NCBI GenBank assembly: GCA_050309605.1
Contig: JBNRMN010000089.1
Coordinates: forward strand, 32,001-96,000
Reading direction: 5' to 3'
From: Anaerohalosphaeraceae bacterium
GTDB taxonomy: Bacteria > Planctomycetota > Phycisphaerae > Sedimentisphaerales > Anaerohalosphaeraceae
DNA: 64,000 nt
Under the pieces are notes generated by a model. That model searched no databases and had not been told where the DNA came from. It was given only the letters and a program-made list of their open reading frames with translations. Shown piece after piece: positions 57,500 through 64,000 of this stretch; the stretch's first letter is position 1, and every line of letters starts with the position of its first letter. The position numbers and the translations under genes were made by a program.

Positions 57500-60028
57500 G
57501 TGAGCCAGCGGACATCAAAGATGCTGTTTGTCGGGTTACTGTTGATCGGATGTCTCGTGTCCGGCGGGTCGGCGCAAACAATCACCCTAACGGTTCAGGC
57601 TGATCAGGCCAAGCCGATCAGTAAAGATCTGTTCGGCATTTTTTTTGAGGATCTCAATTACGCCGCTGATGGTGGTTTATACGCTGAGCTGGTTCAAAAC
57701 CGCTCATTTGAATACAGTCGGGGTGATAACCGCAACTGGAACGCCCTGTCCTATTGGACGCCGCTTGAAAGCGGGCCTGATCGGATCACCGTGACGGTTG
57801 AGTCCGATCAATCGCTGCATCCCAATAATCCGCATTACGCCGTGTTGACGGTCAACGAAGCCGGACATCGCAACGGCCTGAGCAATGAGGGGTTCGGCGG
57901 CATCGTACTCAAGGGCGGCGATCCTTATGATGTATCCTTGTTTGCACGGGTGATTTCCGGCAATCCGGACGGCATTACGGTACGTCTTGAAGACCCGCAG
58001 GGACAGTCGCTGGGACAGGTACAGTGGACCGCACTCAAGAAAGAGTGGACTCAACACACGGCGGTGATTGAGCCGAAGGCTGATGAAACCCATGCCCGCC
58101 TGACAGTACTGATTTCCGGAACCGGAACCGTGGCGCTGGATATGGTTTCCTTGTTTCCGCAAAAGACCTTTAAGAATCGTCCCAACGGCCTGCGCCCCGA
58201 CCTGGCCCGGACGCTGGCAGATATGAAGCCGGCCTTTATGCGGTTTCCGGGCGGCTGTGTGGCGCACGGTGACGGATTGGAGAACATGTATCGATGGAAA
58301 GATACTGTCGGCCCGGTCCAGCAGCGAAAGGCCAAACGCAACATCTGGCGCTATCATCAAACGTTGGGGCTGGGCTACTTCGAGTATTTCCAGCTTTGCG
58401 AGGATATCGGCGCCAAGCCGGTGCCGGTGGTTCCGGCCGGGGTGTGTTGCCAGAACTCCGGCAATTACCTGAATTTGGTCCCGCGCGGCCAGCGGGGCAT
58501 CCCGATGGATGAAATGGATGACTATATTCAGGAGATCTTCGACCTGATCGAATGGGCCAACGGCCCGGCAACCTCAAAATGGGGCGCCAAACGCGCAGAA
58601 GCCGGCCATCCCGAACCCTTTGGTCTTGAATATCTGGCGGTGGGTAATGAAGACGCCCAGACGCCGGTCTTTCAGGAGCGATTCAAGATGATTTATGATG
58701 CGGTTAAGGCCCAACATCCGGAAATCACAGTCATTGGTAATGTGGGGCCGGCTCCGGATGGTCGAGAGTTTGAGATTGGCTGGACGTTTGCCCGAGCGCA
58801 TGATATCGAAATGGTGGCCGAACATTATTACCGGCCGCCGCAATGGTTTTGGAACAACCTGGAGCGTTATGACAGTTATGACCGCAGCCAGGCCGAGGTT
58901 TTTGTCAGTGAATACGCCGCTCACGATACCGGACGTCGGACCACTCTGCGTTCGGCGCTGGCCGAGGCGGCGATGATGACCGCCTTTGAACGCAACGGCG
59001 ACATCGTCCGGATGGCCTGTTATGCCCCCCTGTTCGGCAAGATCGGAAATACGCAATGGAATCCCGACTTGATTTATTTTACCAATACAGAAGTGGCTCC
59101 GACGATTAACTATGAGGTGCAAAAACTGTTTGGCAACAATGCCGGAGATGAATATCTGACGACCGCGATGACGGTGGAAAAACCGGCAGAGCAGCCCGAC
59201 GAGACGCCTGTTCGCAACGGCGTGCTCCTGGGAACCTGGCAGACCCAGGCGCGATTTGATGACCTCAAAATTATCAGCGGATCCGAGACCATTGTGGAAG
59301 AATCATTTGAGCCAAGGATGCGCGGCTGGAATTCACTGTCCGGTCAGTGGCGCGTGGAGAATGGAACCTATGTCCAGACGTCCGAACAAACGCCGGCCCT
59401 ATCTATGCTGACGTTTGAGGATGACCATAGCCACTATACCATTACGCTTCGGGCGATGAAAACCGGCGGTGATGAAGGCTTTCTGGTCGGATTCGGAGCG
59501 CTTGATACAGACCATTATTATTGGCTGAATCTGGGCGGCTGGAACAACACACGACATCAGATCGAAAAAAGTGTCGGCGGCGTCCGCAGTCCTATGGGTC
59601 CATCTGTACAAGGCCGAATCGAGTCGAATCGCTGGTATGAGATAAAAATTCAGGTCGTCCAAGAGCGTATTCAATGCTATCTGGACGGACAACTGATCAT
59701 CAACATGACCGACCGCGGATTTGAGAAGACGCCGGACTTTGCCGTCTCGACAGTGCGCAACACCGCCACCGGTGATATTATCGTCAAGCTGGTCAGCCAA
59801 GCCGAAACGCCGACAACGGTTACGCTCGATCTGCGCTCGGTCGCTCCGTTCAACTCCGAAGCCCTCTGCACGGTGCTGTCAGGCGATCCGATGGCGGAAA
59901 ATCGACATGGTCGTGAACCTGCGGTACGGCCGAGGGTTTCTGAGATTCAAGTATCCGAGGTCTTTGATTACGCACTGCCGCCGCATTCGTTGTCCGTGAT
60001 TCGGTTGTCCCCACGTCCCCGTCAGTGA
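57500..60028 (+). CDS. Secreted alpha-L-arabinofuranosidase (GH51) with an inserted beta-sandwich domain
   Basis: GIFFEDLNYAADGGLYAELVQNRSFE, RFPGGC, VGNE (acid/base), VSEYA (nucleophile), YAPLF..WNPDLI. Confidence 0.92.
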   Translation: MSQRTSKMLFVGLLLIGCLVSGGSAQTITLTVQADQAKPISKDLFGIFFEDLNYAADGGLYAELVQNRSFEYSRGDNRNWNALSYWTPLESGPDRITVTVESDQSLHPNNPHYAVLTVNEAGHRNGLSNEGFGGIVLKGGDPYDVSLFARVISGNPDGITVRLEDPQGQSLGQVQWTALKKEWTQHTAVIEPKADETHARLTVLISGTGTVALDMVSLFPQKTFKNRPNGLRPDLARTLADMKPAFMRFPGGCVAHGDGLENMYRWKDTVGPVQQRKAKRNIWRYHQTLGLGYFEYFQLCEDIGAKPVPVVPAGVCCQNSGNYLNLVPRGQRGIPMDEMDDYIQEIFDLIEWANGPATSKWGAKRAEAGHPEPFGLEYLAVGNEDAQTPVFQERFKMIYDAVKAQHPEITVIGNVGPAPDGREFEIGWTFARAHDIEMVAEHYYRPPQWFWNNLERYDSYDRSQAEVFVSEYAAHDTGRRTTLRSALAEAAMMTAFERNGDIVRMACYAPLFGKIGNTQWNPDLIYFTNTEVAPTINYEVQKLFGNNAGDEYLTTAMTVEKPAEQPDETPVRNGVLLGTWQTQARFDDLKIISGSETIVEESFEPRMRGWNSLSGQWRVENGTYVQTSEQTPALSMLTFEDDHSHYTITLRAMKTGGDEGFLVGFGALDTDHYYWLNLGGWNNTRHQIEKSVGGVRSPMGPSVQGRIESNRWYEIKIQVVQERIQCYLDGQLIINMTDRGFEKTPDFAVSTVRNTATGDIIVKLVSQAETPTTVTLDLRSVAPFNSEALCTVLSGDPMAENRHGREPAVRPRVSEIQVSEVFDYALPPHSLSVIRLSPRPRQ

Positions 60029-60084
60029 TGTCGGTCGTGGAGTGAGAGAGTCAATTTATCCTAAACGAAAAGGAAAGGAAGAGT

Positions 60085-62460
60085 ATGCGCAATCGTTATG
60101 TTGTTATCATATTGATGGTATCAGGATGGCTATCGGCAACGGCCTTGTCGGCTCAGTCGTTTCCGCTGGACAGGGTGGTTCTGCTGGATGGTCCTTTCAG
60201 ACACGCACAGGATTTGAATCTGGAGCATCTGCTGCAATATGATGTAGATCGGCTGCTTGCCCCGTTTCTTAAAGAAGCGGGACTGGAGCCGAAAGGCGAG
60301 CCGTTTACCAACTGGGCCGGCCTGGACGGGCACATCGGCGGACATTATCTGTCCGCGATGGCAATGTATGCCGCAACAGGCAGCAAAACAGCCGAAGAAC
60401 GGATGACGTATATGCTTGATGAACTGGCGGCCTGTCAGACGGCTCACGGCAACGGGTACGTCGGCGGCGTCCCGAACGGAACGCGGATCTGGTCGCAAAT
60501 CGCACGGGGCGATATCCGGGCCAGCGCGTTCGGTCTGAACGACGGATGGGTGCCCTGGTACAACCTGCACAAAATAGTCGCCGGACTGTATGATGCCTGG
60601 CACTATGCCGGCAGCGAGCAGGCCCGTCGAATGCTGATTGATTTATGTGATTGGTGCGACGAGCTGGTTTCCGACCTGAGCGACCGACAGATGCAGTCGA
60701 TGCTGGTCTCTGAACACGGCGGAATGAATGAGGTGCTGGCCAATGTCTATCACATGACCGGCGAGAAAAAATACCTCGATCTGGCCAAACGGTTTTCTCA
60801 TCGGCTGCTGCTCGATCCGATGGCCCGCAGACAAGACAATCTGGATAATATGCACGCCAATACGCAAGTGCCCAAGGCCGTGGGGTTCCAGCGCATCGCC
60901 GAATACGGCGGCGAACCGCGATATGCCCAAGCGGCCGAGTTTTTCTGGAAGACCGTCGTTGAAAATCGCACAACCGCCTTTGGCGGCAACAGCCGCCGTG
61001 AACATTTCCCCGGCGCCGAAGCGGCCATGGAAATGATCGAAGACCGCCAGGGACCGGAAACCTGCAATACCTACAATATGCTGAAGCTGACCGAGGGTCT
61101 GCACCGGATGAATCCGCTGGCCCAATACGCCGACTACTATGAACGGGCACTGTACAACCATATCTTGTCCACCCAACACCCTGAACACGGCGGATATGTC
61201 TATTTTACCCCCCTGCGTCCGCGTCATTATCGGGTTTATTCAAAGCCCAACGCGGCGATGTGGTGCTGCGTCGGTTCGGGAATGGAAAATCACGGCAAGT
61301 ACGGCGCCTTTATTTACAGCCATCAGGATGACACCCTGTTTGTCAATTTATTTATCGCATCGGAATTGGACTGGCGTGAAAAAGGCATTCGTGTGCGCCA
61401 GGAAACAGCGTTTCCGGATGAATCCGCGACCGCTTTAACCATCATAACCGATGCGCCGGTACGGTTTACCCTTCAGGTGCGCCACCCGCAGTGGGTTCCG
61501 GCTGGAAAGCTGCGTTTTGCGCTGGACGGTCAAACCTGGACAGCACAATCGCAGCCGTCGTCGTATGTTCAGATCGATCGACGCTGGCAAAACGGCGACC
61601 GGCTGAAAATCGACCTGCCGATGCACACAGCAACCGAGCCACTGCCCCATGTACCGGACTATATTGCGCTGCTGCACGGCCCGATCGTATTGGCGGCCAG
61701 GACAGGAACCGAAGACCTTCGCGGTCTTGTCGCCGGCGAAGGGCGGATGGATCATGTCGCACACGGCCGACTGCTGCCGCTTGATGAAGCGCCCATGCTG
61801 GTCGGTGAACGTTCGTCTATTCCCGACAAGGTCAAGCCCGTTGCCGGACGAAGTCTTCAATTCACTGCATCGGAGCTGATTCAGCCTGAACCCTATCAAA
61901 GCCTCGTGCTGGAGCCTTTTTTTCGCGTTCATGACTGCCGGTATATGATGTACTGGCGACTGGCTTCGCCGCAGGAGTATCAAGAGGTTCGCGCATCCAT
62001 GAGCACCGAACAGCAGCAGGCCCTGCGTCTGGACCAACTGACCCTTGACCGCGTCGTTCCCGGCGAGCAGCAGCCTGAAGTCGAGCATAACTTCAAATCC
62101 GAAGGCTCCGAGACCGGCGTCTTTCAGGGCGCTTCCTGGCGGCACGCGATGGCGCCGGGATGGTTCAGCTATGAACTGCGCGTCGATCCGGAACAGCCGC
62201 TGGCCCTGGGCGTTCGCTATTGGGGCAATGACCAAGGCAACCGCACTTTTGATATTCTGATCGACGGACAGAAACTGACGACCGAAAACATTACGGGAAA
62301 ATGGAATCGCAGTAACTTTGTCTTCGTGCGCTATCCGATTCCAGCCGAAATGGTTCGCGGCAAAGAATTCATTACCGTCACCTTTAAGCCGCATTCCGGC
62401 CATTTGGCGGGCGGAATTTTTGACCTTCGCATCTTAAAAAACCGAAACGATGGACAATAA
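60085..62460 (+). CDS. Secreted beta-L-arabinofuranosidase-type hydrolase (GH146/GH127 clan)
   Basis: GHIGGHYLSA, PWYNLHK, EHGGMNE, HANTQVPK, ETCNTYNMLKL, WCCVGSGMENH. Confidence 0.9.
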   Translation: MRNRYVVIILMVSGWLSATALSAQSFPLDRVVLLDGPFRHAQDLNLEHLLQYDVDRLLAPFLKEAGLEPKGEPFTNWAGLDGHIGGHYLSAMAMYAATGSKTAEERMTYMLDELAACQTAHGNGYVGGVPNGTRIWSQIARGDIRASAFGLNDGWVPWYNLHKIVAGLYDAWHYAGSEQARRMLIDLCDWCDELVSDLSDRQMQSMLVSEHGGMNEVLANVYHMTGEKKYLDLAKRFSHRLLLDPMARRQDNLDNMHANTQVPKAVGFQRIAEYGGEPRYAQAAEFFWKTVVENRTTAFGGNSRREHFPGAEAAMEMIEDRQGPETCNTYNMLKLTEGLHRMNPLAQYADYYERALYNHILSTQHPEHGGYVYFTPLRPRHYRVYSKPNAAMWCCVGSGMENHGKYGAFIYSHQDDTLFVNLFIASELDWREKGIRVRQETAFPDESATALTIITDAPVRFTLQVRHPQWVPAGKLRFALDGQTWTAQSQPSSYVQIDRRWQNGDRLKIDLPMHTATEPLPHVPDYIALLHGPIVLAARTGTEDLRGLVAGEGRMDHVAHGRLLPLDEAPMLVGERSSIPDKVKPVAGRSLQFTASELIQPEPYQSLVLEPFFRVHDCRYMMYWRLASPQEYQEVRASMSTEQQQALRLDQLTLDRVVPGEQQPEVEHNFKSEGSETGVFQGASWRHAMAPGWFSYELRVDPEQPLALGVRYWGNDQGNRTFDILIDGQKLTTENITGKWNRSNFVFVRYPIPAEMVRGKEFITVTFKPHSGHLAGGIFDLRILKNRNDGQ

Positions 62461-62686
62461 AACCGAACGCGATCTGGGTCCGCAGCCGATTGCGGAGCTG
62501 ATGGACAAACACAGGCTCAAGCCGCATGACCTTGTCGCAGCCTCGACCGAGCAGATTACGCACAAGATGGTCTCGCGGGCCTGCAAGGGGCGCAGGCTGA
62601 GCCGGAAAGTGCAGTTCAAACTGCTTGGCGCCCTGAACGCGGCAACCGGGCAAACGTATGCCTTGAAGAATTTGTTTACCTATTGA
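62450..62686 (+). CDS. Small helix-turn-helix-like hypothetical protein
   Basis: 78 aa; overlaps the GH stop by 11 nt; pattern L..HDLV..S..ITHKMVSRACKGR suggests an XRE-like HTH. Confidence 0.6.
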   Translation: MDNKTERDLGPQPIAELMDKHRLKPHDLVAASTEQITHKMVSRACKGRRLSRKVQFKLLGALNAATGQTYALKNLFTY

Positions 62687-62777
62687 AGCGGGGACTGACG
62701 CCAAGCACTTGCCGTCAGTCGCGAAACGCTTTGGCGTGTCAGGTTTGGGGATACCGAAGCTGGTGTGACAGGATTGC

Positions 62778-62845
62778 GATGGCGTGAGCCACCGGATGGG
62801 TAAAGGCAGGCGTTTTATCCGGCCGCTTGCGCAGCTCGGCTGGTG
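62778..62845. repeat. Dispersed copy (degenerate inverted pair) of the REP-like element seen at 35.9 kb
   Basis: ATCCGGCCGCTTGCGCAGCTCGGCTGGTG at 62817-62845; possible partner GATGGCGTGAGCCACCGGAT at 62778-62797. Confidence 0.65.
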
Positions 62846-62950
62846 CTGACCGGAAAAAGGGGTTTGGCAATGGTTAATAGAGGTGGTATAATGCCCGCTT
62901 ATTGAACTGATTATAGCGATATTCAATCGTGGAGCTGGATTTTGGTAGCG

Positions 62951-63688
62951 ATGACATTGCTTGAGACACAGGGGCTGGTCAAGAAGTATTCCGGCCGAAC
63001 CGTGGTCAACGACGTGCGGATTACCGTCGAGCAGCGCAGCATTGTGGGCCTGTTGGGACGGAACGGCGCAGGCAAAACCACGACATTTCGGATGGCAATT
63101 GGAATGATTGTGCCGGACGGCGGGCAGGTGTTCTTCGACGGACAGGATGTGACCAGGCTGCCGATGTACAAGCGCGCCCGACTGGGGATGGGGTATCTGT
63201 CGCAGGAGCCGAGCGTTTTTCAGCGGCTCAGCGTGCGGGATAATCTGATCGCGATTCTCGAAACAATGGCGCTGAGCCGCGCCGAGCGCAAGCGGCGGGC
63301 CAACGAGTTGATCGAACGGTTCGGCTTGACGGAAGTGGCCAAGAGCCAGGCCCGTTTTCTCTCGGGCGGCGAGCGGCGAAAACTGGAAATCGCCCGCGCG
63401 ATGGTCACCAATCCGTCGCTGATCCTGCTCGATGAGCCGTTCAGCGGGGTCGATCCGATTGCGGTCGAAGAACTGCAAACCGAAATCCGCCGCTTGGTCG
63501 CCTCCGGCGTGAGCATCTTGATTACCGACCACAACGTCGAACGCACGCTGGAAGTGTCTGACAAAGCCTACATCATCGACCACGGTAAGGTGATTGCCGA
63601 AGGCCCGCCCAGGGAGATCATCCAAAACGATCTGGTCAAACGCAGCTATCTGGGCAGTACCTTCAAAGGCGACGAATTCGATGAATAG
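62951..63688 (+). CDS. lptB: LPS export ABC transporter ATPase
   Basis: GLLGRNGAGKTT, PMYKRARLGMGYLSQEPSVF, LSGGERRKLEIAR, LDEPFSGVDP, ITDHNV. Confidence 0.95.
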   Translation: MTLLETQGLVKKYSGRTVVNDVRITVEQRSIVGLLGRNGAGKTTTFRMAIGMIVPDGGQVFFDGQDVTRLPMYKRARLGMGYLSQEPSVFQRLSVRDNLIAILETMALSRAERKRRANELIERFGLTEVAKSQARFLSGGERRKLEIARAMVTNPSLILLDEPFSGVDPIAVEELQTEIRRLVASGVSILITDHNVERTLEVSDKAYIIDHGKVIAEGPPREIIQNDLVKRSYLGSTFKGDEFDE

Positions 63689-63777
63689 AAGCAGTGTTTC
63701 CAAATTGATAAACATTGAAATAGCGGCTCATCTCAAGTTAGAGTGTATATTCGACGGATATTTTAAGGTTGTCAACA

Positions 63778-64000
63778 ATGACGGATTACGCTAAATGCCA
63801 ATTGACGCGGTTTCCGATGCCCGTGCTCAGTCGGCGTGCCGAGCCGGTCGGCCGGATAACCGACGACATTCGTACGCTGGCGGATCGGATGATCGACCTG
63901 ATGGTCGAAACGCAGGGGGTGGGTTTTGCCGCGCCGCAGGCGGGGGTCAATCTGCGGATATTTGTTGTGTCGCTGGACAGCACACGCGAAAACGCCAAGG
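63778..64000 (+). CDS. def: Peptide deformylase, truncated by the right window edge
   Basis: Not in the ORF track; manual translation MTDYAKCQLTRFPMPVLSRRAEPV..LADRMIDLMVETQGVGFAAPQAGVNLRIFVV contains motif GxGxAAxQ. Confidence 0.92.
   Translation, partial: MTDYAKCQLTRFPMPVLSRRAEPVGRITDDIRTLADRMIDLMVETQGVGFAAPQAGVNLRIFVVSLDSTRENAK

Noticed and set aside
1..64000. tRNA, rRNA, transposase, integrase or prophage genes
   Set aside because: None recognised by eye; tRNAscan-SE and Infernal would be needed to exclude small RNAs in the 9.7-10.3, 33.8-34.2, 39.3-39.7 and 57.2-57.5 kb spacers

Overview
Chromosomal window from a Gram-negative bacterium, most likely a planctomycete of class Phycisphaerae (Sedimentisphaerales-like). 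This is inferred from H-X9-DG prepilin-type proteins, ECF-sigma/FecR pairs, LamG proteins with dockerin-like tails and IPAPGA sorting tails. Housekeeping content: a minus-strand block (DUF502, hpf, PTS IIA, HPr, EI, DUF2344, RNase E/G, kdsD, kdsC, and a >=700-aa LptC/LptA-like gene missing from the ORF track), rplM-rpsI, a beta-CASP nuclease, mltA, pdaD-speB, a dksA-like gene, queE, nrdJ with tandem NrdR boxes, addA, lptB and the start of def. Accessory content: (i) an ~18-kb glycan locus with no SusC/D or TonB receptor, containing AraC, a Fry/Frw-type PTS, GH76, ECF sigma, FecR-NPCBM anti-sigma, a LamG protein, a 2008-aa CotH/LTD protein and a prepilin-type protein; (ii) a second ECF/FecR/LamG/LamG locus followed by a PEP-CTERM-like gene; (iii) a GH51 + GH146/127 arabinofuranosidase pair. 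Best leads: the Sus-free glycan locus, a bacterial homologue of queuosine-tRNA mannosyltransferase (GTDC1/QTMAN), a small HiPIP-like 4-Cys protein before queE, a recurrent dockerin-like C-terminal tag, a DksA-like protein lacking zinc ligands, a GCAA-tetraloop REP-like repeat family, and GGA/SD-rich leaders. No CRISPR array, tRNA, rRNA, transposase or prophage was recognised. All family calls come from motif recognition by eye; no searches were run.
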